DNA from: Salpingoeca rosetta
Taxonomy: Eukaryota > Protista > Choanoflagellata
Length of the DNA stretch: 64,000 nt
Direction: 5' to 3'
NCBI GenBank assembly: GCA_033442325.1
Contig: JAWQFM010000024.1
Coordinates: forward strand, 110,954 to 174,953
How positions within the stretch are numbered: the first letter of the stretch is position 1; each line of letters starts with the position of its first letter. Positions 29,974 through 51,816 of the stretch are shown piece after piece. Under the pieces are notes generated by a model. It was not told the DNA's origin. It saw nothing but the letters and a program-made list of their open reading frames with translations, and did not search any database. A program made the translations under genes and the position numbers.

Positions 29974-32250
29974 TCAGCACACGTCGCAGCGGGGCGGACA
30001 GTGGTGGAGGCTCGTGCTGCTGTCAGCGCAGATGCAGCGGCCAAGTTGCATGCAGTCAACACGTGTGAGATCAGTGCGGACAACAGAGACTTGAGAAGAG
30101 ATGCTCGTGACGAGGCTGAGGTCAAGTGTGTCGAGGGTGGTGTTGGTCAGGTGCAGACTGCCGCCAATGCGGGTTTGGTTGGCAAAGCGCAGCTGCTTGA
30201 GCGGGTTGTGGGAGAGGTCGAGGTCGGTGGCAATGCTGCGAAGGTTGGTGAGGGATACGGCGGTGAGGGCGTTGTAGGCCAGGTTGAGGGACCCTCGTGC
30301 AGCAGTCATCTGACCAAAGTCGACGACCGAGAGCATGTTGTTGTTGAGAGCCATGTTGTAGCCGACGGTGAGGTTGGCGAGGGAGATGGTGCGCAGGTTG
30401 TTGTTGGACACGTCCAGCGCCCAGCCAACACGCGTGATGCCAGCAAAGTCGAGGTGTGCGAGGGCGTTGTGATCGACGCAGAGGGAGAAATCAACGAACG
30501 TGAGGCGATGAAAGTTGATGGCGGTGAAGCGGTTGTGGGACAGATCGAGCGTGTTGCTGATGCCCGTGATGGTGCCAAAGTTGACGTCGGTGAGTCGGTT
30601 CTTGGAGAGCAGCACGCCGCTGTCGATGCGGGTGAGGGACGACAGGTCCAAGGATGTGAGGAAGTTGTTTTGCAGGTTGAGGCTGCCCACCCTGGAGACG
30701 GGGCTCAGGTCCAGTCTCGTCAAGAGGTTGTCGGCCAAATTCAGCTCCCCAAAGATGGTGGTTGCGTCTGAAAACAGGACTGAGGTGAGCTGGTTGCTCC
30801 TGGCGAAGAAAGACGCCCTAAACACGGTGACTTGACTCAAGTTGAGCGAAGTGAGGGCGTTGTCCCCCAGGTACACTGAGCCACCAATGTGCGTCAGGCC
30901 CGCAAAGTGGATGTGGGTGATGACGTTGTCGTAGACTGCAAAGTCGCCCTGGATGTGTTGGATGCCTTGCAGGTCCACAGCACTGAGCACGTTGCTCTGC
31001 GCGTACAGGGAGCCATCCAGGTGTGTGAGCGCACCAAAGCGCAATGCTGTGATGGCGTTTTGGTAGAGGAGAATGTTGCCGGCGATGCTGGTGAGGCGGG
31101 CAAAGTCGACATGGGTGAGCAAGTTGTCGTGGAGAAGCAAGTTGCCGCCAATACGGAGAAGCGCGCCAAACTGAACGTGCGTGATGTCGTTGAATGGCAG
31201 CACGATGCTGCCGCCAATCATGGTGAGCGAGGAGAAATCAATCGAGCTAAGCTTGCCGCTGCTGATCTTGACAGTCCCGCCAATGTAGCGCAGGGACTCG
31301 AAGTCGACAGACTCCAACACTCCTGCGCGCCACCACTCGCCAGGAACAACAATGTCCCCGCCAATGGACGAGACATTGCCAAAACGCAGGGTGGTGGTGC
31401 TGTCTGCCACATGCACGGATCCGGTGACGTTGGCCACGTTGTTGAAGAACTCATTGCAGCAGCAGTGCTCCACGATGCCAACCGCAACAAAGCCTGCGGC
31501 GCGTACGGCTGCGCGGGACGATGTGCTGTTGCAATCGAGCACGTCTATGTCCGGGCGCGGCTCTAGCTGAGGCGTGAATGTTGTGATTGTTGTTGCTGGT
31601 GCTGTACCAGTGGTGTCCACTGAAATGGATGTTGCACTGGTGGCAGTGGTAATGGTGGATGTCGTTGGGGCGGAGTGAGTTGTGGGTGTGCTTGATGCAG
31701 ATGCTGTGCTAGCCTCACCCGCAGAGGCCTCGTTGTTCCCGGCGGTGGAAGCCCCGTTGTTGTTGTTGTTGTTGTTGATGGCGAGCGGCAGGGTGATGGC
31801 ACCTGCAACAATGCAAGCGACGGCGAAAACGACGAGAATGGTCTTTGTCCAGTTTGGCGAAGGTGCGGCTTTGTGCTGTTGCTGGTGGTGGTGGTGTTGT
31901 TCATGTTGCTGGTGGTGATGTTGTTCATGTTGGAGGCAAGTGTCGCGCTGCGCGACCGTGTGGAATTTGGTCGTTTCTGTCGGCGGACTTGTTCCATCTG
32001 GTGGTGGGTATGCTTCGCTCTGTTGGACTTGAGGTGGCCGGGAGGCGTCGACGTCGTTGCTGGTGTGACTGTGTGTGAGAACGAAGTAGACGTTGTCGGT
32101 GGTCGTGTTGGCGAGAGATGGGGTCGGTTGGGAGCTGGCGTGCCCCACGATGAGGTATTCTTCCGCATCAACAACGCTCTCTGTTCCTCCGAATTGTGCC
32201 TCGCCACTGTCGTCCTCATTCGCGCCGCCTTCCAGCACGAGTACTTTCAT
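29974..32250 (-). CDS. Intronless type II membrane protein: Ser/Thr stalk plus about 19-20 22-aa LRR/L-domain-like repeats
   Basis: First convincing ATG at 32250 (MKVLVLEGG); TM segment ILVVFAVACIVAGAITLPLAI; Thr/Ser-rich stalk; repeat consensus LTxIGGxLxLxxNxLTxVDFxx; Cys caps at both ends. Confidence 0.8.
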   Translation of the reverse strand: MKVLVLEGGANEDDSGEAQFGGTESVVDAEEYLIVGHASSQPTPSLANTTTDNVYFVLTHSHTSNDVDASRPPQVQQSEAYPPPDGTSPPTETTKFHTVAQRDTCLQHEQHHHQQHEQHHHHQQQHKAAPSPNWTKTILVVFAVACIVAGAITLPLAINNNNNNNGASTAGNNEASAGEASTASASSTPTTHSAPTTSTITTATSATSISVDTTGTAPATTITTFTPQLEPRPDIDVLDCNSTSSRAAVRAAGFVAVGIVEHCCCNEFFNNVANVTGSVHVADSTTTLRFGNVSSIGGDIVVPGEWWRAGVLESVDFESLRYIGGTVKISSGKLSSIDFSSLTMIGGSIVLPFNDITHVQFGALLRIGGNLLLHDNLLTHVDFARLTSIAGNILLYQNAITALRFGALTHLDGSLYAQSNVLSAVDLQGIQHIQGDFAVYDNVITHIHFAGLTHIGGSVYLGDNALTSLNLSQVTVFRASFFARSNQLTSVLFSDATTIFGELNLADNLLTRLDLSPVSRVGSLNLQNNFLTSLDLSSLTRIDSGVLLSKNRLTDVNFGTITGISNTLDLSHNRFTAINFHRLTFVDFSLCVDHNALAHLDFAGITRVGWALDVSNNNLRTISLANLTVGYNMALNNNMLSVVDFGQMTAARGSLNLAYNALTAVSLTNLRSIATDLDLSHNPLKQLRFANQTRIGGSLHLTNTTLDTLDLSLVTSISSQVSVVRTDLTRVDCMQLGRCICADSSTSLHHCPPRCDVC

Positions 32251-32332
32251 CGTGTTTGGTCGTTGTGCGCAGTTGTTGCTGCTGTGCGTGTGTGTGTGTG
32301 CGTATGTGTGTGTGCGTATGTGTGTGTGTGTG

Positions 32333-32580
<248 letters not shown>

Positions 32581-33294
32581 ATGACGACAGGAGCAGGATG
32601 TGGGGATGTTGGAACGTTTGACGCGTTGAGGATGACCGTGTGAGACGACCACGTTTTGTGAGCACCAAAAGAGCACACACACACACAGCCCGTTGTCGTA
32701 CCGGGAAGCTGAAGGGACGTTCACGGTGAGAGAGGATCAAAGGAAAAGTCACCACACACACACACACACACACACGAGACACCTACGATGATGTCATCTG
32801 CCCTCTCGCCCACATACCCGCTTTGATTTGTGCTGACTCAGCAATTTGCCCCTTTGTGGGCTTGCCCAAGCCCTCCACATTTATCGCGCTATCGCGGCCA
32901 CAAGCAAACAGCGAAGTCTTTTTTGTTTGGGTTTGCTGGTTGCTGGCTTTGTGCTTGTGTTTGTGTTTGCGGCGTGCACTTTCCCAAGCTACCCCGCTTG
33001 TTTGTGTTCCTTCCTTGTCTCTGCGCTGGCTGGCTGGCGTTTGTTTGTATTTGTATTTGTGCCTGTGCTGGTGCTTGTGTGCTTCTCGTGTGCTGGTGCT
33101 TGTGTGCTTGTGTGCTGGTTGTTTGCAACCCTTCTTTCCTTTTTCCCTCTCTGCGAACACACCACTGAGCGTGCCTTCCTCACTGAACGCTACTGGTTCT
33201 GCTGGTCTCCGCTTCAACCTTGCGCCCGCTGACACGCACGCAGTCCACTGTGCACTGCCGTTGCCTCGCCCTACTCGTTCGTGGACCCTGCCCA

Positions 33295-38810
<5,516 letters not shown>

Positions 38811-38811
38811 C

Positions 38812-38879
<68 letters not shown>

Positions 38880-39441
38880 CTTAACCAACAACAACAACTT
38901 AACCAACAACAACAACAAGTGATAGACATTGTTCTCACGTTACATTCCTTTCTCAGCGCCCCCCTTGCCCAAACTCCCCACCCTTCGACTGATTACATTA
39001 GCTGGTGTGAAGGCGTGAGCCATCAGCGCCCCCCCCCCCTCTTCCCTCGCCTTCATGCCCCCTTGTTGTTTCGCGCCTTCGCTGGTTATCTCACATCTCA
39101 TGTTTCTCTCGGTAGTTCTTGCACACTCCACGATGTGTTGCTTGCATGCATGCACGCATCACGAATTGGGGGGCTGTATTAATCGTTGTGAGCACGGGTA
39201 GCTGCCGTTTCGTTTTAGAGCGTCGTTTTGCTTCGCTGTGGAGTGCTGTGCTGCTTTGCACGTTGTCTTGTTTGCGCTGTTTACTCATGGCCTTGCTGGT
39301 GACCGAGGTCAAATGCGTATGGTATGTAGTTCCCCTGTGCCGCCGCAATGTGGCTGCAATACGTAGCTGTTGTCTGCCTGTGTGCCTGTTTGCTTGAGTC
39401 TGTCTGGGCTCTTGTGCCTGTCTGCGTGCACGCGAAAGGAT

Positions 39442-39518
<77 letters not shown>

Positions 39519-39965
39519 CAAGTGCTTTGTGTTGCCCGTGCAATGGCAGGGTGTGCTTGCTGTTGAGGCAGGTGCCAGCTGGTTTCTGTGTCGCCTGCCA
39601 CCCCACACGCTGCAACTACTCTCCTCTTGCACACACCTACATACACGCGCGCGCGCGCGCCACGACCATCGGAGCATGCGCTCGCACACGCTTTGTTCGT
39701 TCGTTGCCTGAATGCCTAGGAGATATATGTCATAGTTGAATCAACACCAAATACACCCATCTTCCTGCGGAGTGCTTGCAAGCAAGCCAAATCGGGCAAG
39801 GAGGGGGGGGGGGTTGTTTACTTTGTTGAATGAGCAATGTGTCGCTTGCAGGGTATCGTCAATGGAGTGCGGTAACAAGGACTGGTAGGAAGGCAAGAAA
39901 GGCGCACACGCACACGTGCACGCACACGTACACGCGCACGCACATGCAAAGAAGAAAGAAGGATC

Positions 39966-40289
39966 TCACGGTGAGGGCGCTGTTGCGCCTCGAAGGAAAG
40001 CAGCGAATAAAGCAGCTAGCGCAACTGTTGTGATTGTTGTCCCCTGCTGCTGCTGCTGTGGTTGTGCAAAGTCGCGGTTGCACTGGACATATGTTGCGAG
40101 GCCGCCAACGTCGTACCGCCCGGAGATCTGGCTCGCGTAACACGCGTGCTGTCGAAAGGTGGTCGTGGTCGTCGTGTGGTTGAGGTAATGGGCGCGGGTG
40201 TTCGTGGCAAGCCTGTTCCCATGCAGCAGAAAGGACGGGCCACCACCAGAACAACACGTAGACGCACACAAACGGGCAGCCACATGCAT

Positions 40290-40339
<50 letters not shown>

Positions 40340-40715
40340 ATGCACGGACCTTGGCGATGAGATAACGGATAAAGTTGCCCGGCGCATCATAGGTCGCCAG
40401 CGGCGTCTTGCCCATGTGCTCGTCAAGAAACGTTTCAAGGTGCGGCAGCGCTGTTCGGCGGAGGATGTAGAAGCACGGGCAGCCAAGACGCGAGTGTGTC
40501 GCTTCTGGTCCCGGTTTCTCGAGAAATGCCGTCACCTGCCACCACCCCGGCGCATGTACACGTGTGAGGCATTGGGCGTCATTAGAGCGTGACATGCATG
40601 AAGCACGCGTGAAAATCAGCTATTGCTTTGTTTCCTTAGTGGTGCTGTTCACTTACCCGAACATGCACACGCACGCACGCACGCAAAGGCAATACACACG
40701 CGCGCACACACAGAC

Positions 40716-40746
<31 letters not shown>

Positions 40747-41851
40747 ACGCACACGCACACAAACGCACACAAATGCACACACACGCACACCTGGCGTTTT
40801 GTGTTGACTTCAAGGATGCCGCACTTCTTGGTTGTTGCGTCATCGACATTGTAGCTGAGGAGCAGCGACGCATCGGGGTGGCTGTCAAACTCATGCAGCT
40901 TGTCTGCAAGATGAAAGTCTTGTTTGAACAGGGTGTCACCACCAACGACAATCAGGTCGTCTGCACACTGGAACCTGGATGCGCCCAGCTGAATAGCTGC
41001 CACCGCGCCGCTGCGGGTCTATGTGTGTGTGTGTGTGTGTGTTTGTGCATGTGCATGTGCATGTGCACGCATGTGTGTGTGTGTGTGCATGTGCATGTGT
41101 GTACATGTGTGTGTGTGTGTGTACAATCGTCAGATGCGATGGCAGGGCATAGTGCATACAATGAGATTGCTACTCTCCCTGTTGTTTGCCTCTCTTTGTC
41201 TGCGCAGCAATAGCTGGGGTGAGATGTGGAGCACCTCTTACACAAGCGAGCGCACAAGTCCCAAGCACGGCAAGTCAACCAAGCAGCATGCAAAAGCATC
41301 AAGAACAGTCATGGCAGCCGCACCAGCACGCTTGTCAACAAAACCTCGTTTGTGGTGCTGCCGTCGCAGATGAGGGTGATGTTATCAAACTGACGAGCCC
41401 AGTCTTCAAAGAGGTGGTGGTTGGTGGCGTTTGTGACAACCAGGATCTCGGAGATGCGATCGCGGTGCCTTTGCAGCTCCTTCACCCAGCGGGAGATGAG
41501 GGGTACATTACCTGTGTGGTTGGAACCACCATCACATACACACACACACACACACACATACACACACGTTTACACACACACACACATGCACGATTACACA
41601 CACACACACACACAACATCACACACATGCACACACACATGTAATGTTTAGTGGTTGGCGTGTAACGTTGGCTGCAACAGGAAAGCAAAGCGCACGCAAAG
41701 CCACCTTGCAACTGCGCACTACGTGATGTGACTACGAACCGATGGGAAGCAGCGGCTTTGGGACGCCAGAGAGGTGGTGGTATGTGGGAGACTGGTCAAT
41801 GTCTCGCTGCAGGCGAGTGCCATATCCAGCAGCCAAGATGAGTGCTCGCAT
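39966..41851 (-). CDS. Sugar-1-phosphate nucleotidyltransferase (NTP_transferase family), multi-exon
   Basis: [14 protein letters not shown]...[40 protein letters not shown]. Confidence 0.9.
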
Positions 41852-42004
41852 CGTCGTCGTCGTTTGAGACAGTTGTTGGCAATTGTAGAAATTTATTGAA
41901 ATATGTACATAAACGTCGTAGGTGCTCTGTGGCGTGTGTCTGCGTATGTGTGTGTGTGTCTGTGTGTGTGTTGAGTGTTCGCGTGCTTGTTTCAAGGACA
42001 GACA

Positions 42005-42100
<96 letters not shown>

Positions 42101-42124
42101 GTGCAAAGGTGGTAGCTGTTGTGG

Positions 42125-42434
42125 TCACTTGAGAATTGGAGCTTGCAGCTGGCGCCTGCGCTGCTTCTGTTGCCGATACAACTGCAATCGGACAATGCGC
42201 GCGCGAGAGAGAGAGGGGGGAGGGGCAGGGGGAGTGTTGGCAACACAGCACGGAGTGGAATGTGAGAGATCGAGAGAGGGAGGGAGTGGGAGGTGGAAAG
42301 CAACAGGGATGTGGCATGGTGGCATGTCAACGAGCAGAGCGGAACAGATGAGAAAGAGCACAGACAGAGCGCGGGTCAAACAAAACCGAGCACACATGGG
42401 AACACAACATGCAGTGCGATCTGGAGTGAAATGG

Positions 42435-42490
<56 letters not shown>

Positions 42491-42722
42491 CGCGCGCGCC
42501 ACATACCGCGATGACGCGCTCTCGCTCTTGCTCCAATCGCAGCTGCTGCACCGGCGCCATCTTTTTCCGCTGCTCCTTGGACAGGTTCGAGTCTTTGTTT
42601 TTTGTGGGGCAGATGAATGGGCGCAATGGTGATTGGAAGCGTACATGTGTGTGTGTGCGTGCGTGTGTTTTCGTTCGTGTGTGTGTGCGTGTGTTTTCGT
42701 TCGTGTGTGTGTGCGTGTGTTT

Positions 42723-42758
<36 letters not shown>

Positions 42759-43246
42759 GTGTTCGTGTGTATGTGTGTGTGTGTGTGTTCGTGTGTGTGT
42801 GTTTTCGTGTGTGTGTGTGTGTGCGTGTGTGTGTGTGTTTTCGTGTGTGTTTTCGTGTGTGGATAAGAATCAGTTTCTCGTAGAAACAAGCAGTGTGATC
42901 GCAGAAACAAGCAGAGGCATATTGCAGGGCGGCGCGCTTGGTGTTAACACACGCTCGTAAACCACACCCCACGTACGTTTTTTGCGAGGCTGTGCTGTCA
43001 ACTCCGGGGGTGCTTGGGCAACCTCTCCAAACGCAACTACGTCCTTCTTTGGTTCTGCAGCGCAAACATGATGCAGAGCGTGAGCCGTGCAATACCATCA
43101 CAGAGAGAGAGAGAGAGAGTATGTAGGGGAGGGGTGTGTGTGTGTCTGTGTGTGTCTGTGTGTCTGTGTGTGTGTGTGATTTGTGTGTGCGTGTGTGCGT
43201 GTGTGCGGACGTGTGTGTCTGTGTGTGTGTGTCTGTGTATCTGTGT

Positions 43247-43293
<47 letters not shown>

Positions 43294-43877
43294 TCCTCCC
43301 TCTCTCTCTCCTTGTGTCAAGGCCATACAATCATTCCAACGAAGAACGTACCGTGCTCTTGCTCTTCTTGGGCGAGCATGGCCTCTGCACGGCGTTCTTG
43401 GCGCTTGCGCTCCTTCTTTGTCTTCCACTGCTTCTTCTTGATTTGCCGGAGGGTCTTTGTTTCCTGCTTCACGGGCTCTGTTGCCGAGGCGTGTCTGAAG
43501 ATGATCTTGCCGCCGCCTTGCTCCTCCAGGTGTTGCCTGAGCGCCTCCGGGTCCATCGGCGCCTGTGGTAGGAGCTCCTCATCGTCGTCGCCCTCGCCCT
43601 TGCGCCCCTTCTTGAACTTGTTTTTCTTGCGGGAGTTCTTCGCCTTCTTCGTTTGCCCCGGCAGGCCCGGGATGGATGGGATCGCGGGCAGGCCGCTTGG
43701 CAGGATGCCCTGTGTCACCACCTGTGCGCGTCCGACGTCGCCCTCCGCGGTGATGATGTCGTTGACACCAAAGGTGTCCCTGGCCGAGTGGCGGACGTGC
43801 TTCTTTCCCCGCTTCTTCTTCGGTGCCTGCGACTGACCAATCGCTTTCACCTTCTTGTACCGTGCAACGCGCCCCAT
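42125..43877 (-). CDS. CCDC137: CCDC137-like basic nucleolar protein, multi-exon
   Basis: Lys-rich MGRVARYKK exon; DVVAFGEVAQAPPELTAQPRKK; RLEQERERVIA|LYRQQK, matching recalled CCDC137 motifs. Confidence 0.7.
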
Positions 43878-44083
43878 CTTGTCGCTGTATTTGTCTGTGT
43901 GTATCTGTGTTGTGTGTGTATATATATATATATATGTATATCTAAGTGAATGTGTGTGTATCCGTGTGCACGATGTGTGTGTGTATCCGTGTGTGTCTTC
44001 GTGTGCGTGTATCTGGCAAAGCAGCAACGTGCGAAGCAGGTCCTGCTTGCTACAATTTATAATGTCGTAACAGACCTCCCAAG

Positions 44084-45502
44084 ATGATGATGATCGCAAG
44101 CACCACAACAACAACAGCGGTTGCTGGTCTGACGCTGTGTTTGTGGTACGTGGCGTTTGCGGTAGCCGCGGTGGCCGTGCGATGGCACTGGCCGTGGCTT
44201 GGGCTGGTGCTAAGCACGCTAGCGCCCGTCATCATGGTTGTAATTGCGCCGACCACGCTGCCGCTGGAGGTCGTGGTCATCTACTCCTTTGGAACCATCA
44301 CGCAATACATGCGCGTGTGCGATGTCGTCGTGGCGGCGCTGGCCCAGCACAAGACACCCACGAGAAGACCCAGAAGAGGAAGCAGTATCCGCCTCAACGC
44401 CAGCACACGCGAGGGTGAGACACTGTCGTCGCAATCCCATGATCAGCGCACGCCCTCGCCACCCACGTCCCCGACAGTACCACCAACAGTACCACCGCCA
44501 TCGCTATCATCATCAGCGCCATCACCATCATCATCAGCGCCATCACTATCATCAGCGCCGGACGGGGTTTCAGTAAATGTGAAGCAGCCGCGTCGTCACC
44601 GCCGGCATGCTGTGTTCTTTTCGAGCTCCACCGCGTTTGCCGTCATGTACATTCTCGCGTACCATGACCTGACCCTGGGCAAGTGGGTGTCGTCGAGCGG
44701 GGCGGCGCTGCGCGTTGTCTGGCGAGCGAGCCGCTCTGGCCTGCTTGTGCATGCGCTGTCGGCGGCGGCCCTTGGCCTCCTGATGGGCCTGCCGCACCTC
44801 ACTGTGGAGCAGGCGAGGGAGGCGCGCCACCTGCCGCACGACGCAGACAACCACCACCTGAACGAGGCGGGACGCCCGCCCTGGCAGCCGCCCGCACACT
44901 CGGAGCTGCTGCCCACATTCTTCTCCTTCTCCGGTCTGTTTGGCTCCGCGGAAACTGCAGCAGTGGCTGGTCGATATGCACAGGCCGTCGCAGCCCTCGC
45001 CGTGCACACTGTCGTGTTGACGTACGGGGTGACCAGTCTGTACTTTGTGGACATGCTGTGGGGCAGCATCCTGTCCCTTGGCTGCCTGTCGTGCCGCAGC
45101 ACGGTTGACATGCCCCGCCTCTGGGCAGCGGGCACGGTGCGGGAGTTTTGGCGGAGCTGGAACTTGGAGATGCAGCACCTGTTGCATCTGGCCATCTATT
45201 GGCCACTGAAGCCCGTGCTCGGCGGCTGGGCGGCGGAGGCGGCCACGTTCGCTGCGTCTGCGCTGCTGCACGTGCTGCCGTTTGCGGTGGGCGGTGCAAC
45301 GGCGCGCCACCTGGCCATGATCGCCGCCTTCTTCATGGCGCAGCCGTGCTTGATGCTGCTGGAAAGTTGTTGTGCTGCTGGACACGTGTTTGTGCTTCGT
45401 GGGTGGCTGTGGGTGTGGGGGTCCTTCTTTCTCACCACGTTTCTTCTCACCCTCCCTGCCATTGAGTTTGCTCTTCCTCACCTCCTCTTCCTCTTCCATT
45501 GA
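44084..45502 (+). CDS. Intronless MBOAT acyltransferase, wax synthase / sterol O-acyltransferase (MBOAT_2) type
   Basis: Multiple TM segments; [31 protein letters not shown] and TFAASALLH (catalytic Asn and His motifs). Confidence 0.85.
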   Translation: MMMIASTTTTTAVAGLTLCLWYVAFAVAAVAVRWHWPWLGLVLSTLAPVIMVVIAPTTLPLEVVVIYSFGTITQYMRVCDVVVAALAQHKTPTRRPRRGSSIRLNASTREGETLSSQSHDQRTPSPPTSPTVPPTVPPPSLSSSAPSPSSSAPSLSSAPDGVSVNVKQPRRHRRHAVFFSSSTAFAVMYILAYHDLTLGKWVSSSGAALRVVWRASRSGLLVHALSAAALGLLMGLPHLTVEQAREARHLPHDADNHHLNEAGRPPWQPPAHSELLPTFFSFSGLFGSAETAAVAGRYAQAVAALAVHTVVLTYGVTSLYFVDMLWGSILSLGCLSCRSTVDMPRLWAAGTVREFWRSWNLEMQHLLHLAIYWPLKPVLGGWAAEAATFAASALLHVLPFAVGGATARHLAMIAAFFMAQPCLMLLESCCAAGHVFVLRGWLWVWGSFFLTTFLLTLPAIEFALPHLLFLFH

Positions 45503-45510
45503 AAATGGGC

Positions 45511-45584
<74 letters not shown>

Positions 45585-45881
45585 GTGTATGCGCTTGTGT
45601 GTTTTATGTTTGTGTGTGTGTGTGTTTGTTTGTGTGTGTGTGTGTGTGTGTGTGTTGCACTCCCTCACTCCAACACTCCACCTTGGTTATGCTTACTGAT
45701 GCATCTGTTACTGCTTTGGCTCAGGCTTGCTCGTGTTCGTGTGTTCGTGTTCGCTTCGTGTGTTCGTGCTGCGCCCTACTACACCACTGCCAAATGAATG
45801 CATACTGCATGCTTTCGTAGTTGTTTGCTTGAGGAAGCAAAGGGCGAGCAAATCCCGAGCGGAGAACGTGTCTGTAATCAC

Positions 45882-45950
<69 letters not shown>

Positions 45951-46050
45951 NNNNNNNNNNNNNNNNNNNNNNNNNNNNNNNNNNNNNNNNNNNNNNNNNN
46001 NNNNNNNNNNNNNNNNNNNNNNNNNNNNNNNNNNNNNNNNNNNNNNNNNN
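45951..46050. other. Assembly gap (100 N)
   Basis: Run of N inside a (CA)n tract. Confidence 0.99.
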
Positions 46051-46051
46051 C

Positions 46052-46168
<117 letters not shown>

Positions 46169-46247
46169 ACACACATACACACACACACACATACACACAC
46201 ACACACACACCATCTTGGGAGGACACCACCTGTCAAGTTTGACAGCC

Positions 46248-46257
46248 GTCACGTGAT
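46248..46257. promoter_or_regulatory. Extended E-box GTCACGTGAT upstream of CYP51
   Basis: About 305 bp 5' of the CYP51 ATG; reverse strand reads ATCACGTGAC. Confidence 0.4.
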
Positions 46258-46561
46258 TTTTTCTTTGGCGTTTATTTTTCTTTCTTTCCCGCTTTGTTGC
46301 TTGGAAGTGACGAAAGGTGCAGCATGTGCATGAGCGGATATCAACCTTGTTTGCATCGGTGCCACCTCCTGTCAAACACACGCACACGCACAACACACAA
46401 CACACAACACGCGTGTGTGCCCTTTCGTTGTTGGTTTGTTTGTGCTGTTGTGCCAGTGAAGCGCGTGCCTTTCTTCTTTGCCGGCCACCACCATTCTCCT
46501 CCTCTCACCACACCACCAAACACAACACAACATCAACAACAACAACACAGGAGAGACCATC

Positions 46562-50164
<3,603 letters not shown>

Positions 50165-50345
50165 GCCCGTCTCGCCCACCATTCGTCGTGCCACATATCA
50201 TGCACCCCGTGTTTGTATGTCTGTGTATGTCTGTCTGTGTGTGTGTGTGTGTTTGTGCAGTGATGGGGGTTTTTCCTGTACCTGTGCCTATGTTCCATGT
50301 CATTTCTGCGCGTGTCCACCCACTTGCCATTTAGCTCTCTTTCTC

Positions 50346-50386
<41 letters not shown>

Positions 50387-50752
50387 GCGTGTGTGCGTGT
50401 GCGTGTGTGAATTCGCATCAGCTCTACCAGTTGAATGTGACTGTTACGATGGATTGCCCATCTTCGCCCTCTCCTTTCCAGCTTTTGCTGTTTCTTGCAC
50501 TCTCCTGTGTCTCTGCTGTGTTGTGCCCTTCCTTGCTCTTGACCACTGTCCTACGAAGAAGAAGAACCAGCTAAGATTGGGCAACAGGGCACGATGTCGC
50601 ATTCATTGCAGTGTATTGCGAGAGCCATTGCCACTGCCACATGTGTCACATCTCGTCGCATGTCTCACATCGTCGATCGCACGCAGGGCTGGCATTTTCC
50701 TCCAAATCTCACACACCACACCTCCTCCACCACCACCAAAGCGCGCGCAATC

Positions 50753-51385
50753 ATGCGACGAGATTCAAGGTGTGCCTCAGTCCTCACGGCTGGGGTGCTG
50801 CTGGTCTTGGTTGCGGCGAGCGGCAGTGGTGGTTGCGAGGGCGCGGTGTTGCGACAGCAGCCCTTGACCATGACACGGCTCGCGCTCAGTCACAGCCACC
50901 ACGGCAGGCCTGCAAGCCAACACATCCTCGACCACGAGCGACAACAACCACGACAGCAGCAGAACGACAGACACACTTTCCATGTGGCTGGGGGTGCACG
51001 GGGCTTTGCAGCACAAGCGCAGGAGCAGGGCCCCGCAGCTGAGAGACAAGGTGCACCAAGCTCACACAAACACAGTGCCCACAGGAGAGTGACGTACGAT
51101 TACGAGAACCCGATCGAGTACGGGTGCCATGCGTACGAGGCCGACGTTCGGATTGACGGCATCCCGGGCTCGTTCTGCTCCCCGTCGTGCTCCCGCACGG
51201 TGCCGTGCTCCACAAACCTACCACCCGACACCACGGCCGCGCCGGAGTGCGTGCTGGAGTTTCCAGGCGACACAGCGCCCTCCATGTGCGCGCTCGTGTG
51301 CACACCAGGCGCCAACCAATGCCCCCTCAACGCCAGCTGCAAGTCTATCTCCCCAGGCATGGGCCTGTGCACCTACAACACATGA
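50753..51385 (+). CDS. Intronless secreted protein with a C-terminal 10-Cys domain
   Basis: Signal peptide VLTAGVLLVLVAASG, low-complexity linker, then YENPIEYGC...FCSPSC...PC...EC...MCALVC...QCPLNASC...GLCTYNT*. Confidence 0.75.
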   Translation: MRRDSRCASVLTAGVLLVLVAASGSGGCEGAVLRQQPLTMTRLALSHSHHGRPASQHILDHERQQPRQQQNDRHTFHVAGGARGFAAQAQEQGPAAERQGAPSSHKHSAHRRVTYDYENPIEYGCHAYEADVRIDGIPGSFCSPSCSRTVPCSTNLPPDTTAAPECVLEFPGDTAPSMCALVCTPGANQCPLNASCKSISPGMGLCTYNT

Positions 51386-51816
51386 AAACCGGTGCAGCTG
51401 CTGCACCTATCAGTCGTCAGTGCGACGTGTCCCTTCTTCACCCGAACCCTCTTGCCTGTCACATCACATCATCTTCTCACGCGTTGCTTAGCTTCCCACC
51501 TTCCTTGTGCTTGCTTTGCTTGCTTTCCGTTGCTTTCTTCCCTGTCTCTGTTCCATCGCACTGCCTGGAGTAGCACCAACACACCCTGTCATGCCCTTTC
51601 TTTCCTTCCCCCATGTCTCGTGTTAGCCCCTGCAGTCACCACTCATCAGTAAACGAATGCCAAGCAAGCAGCACCGAGAGGCGGGAAACAAGGTCAGGGT
51701 CGGGTTGAGTCAGAGACAAGTGATCACAACAAGGTCCAGCACCACAGCACCACTTTCGTTGTGTCCAGCCACGCGAACACACAATTTCGCTGTCATCACA
51801 GCGCGTGACAACAACG

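Noticed and set aside
29959-31566. Long plus-strand Val/Gly/Glu-rich ORFs (29959-30771, 30889-31566) with apparent periodicity
   Set aside because: Antisense shadows of the LRR gene caused by codon bias
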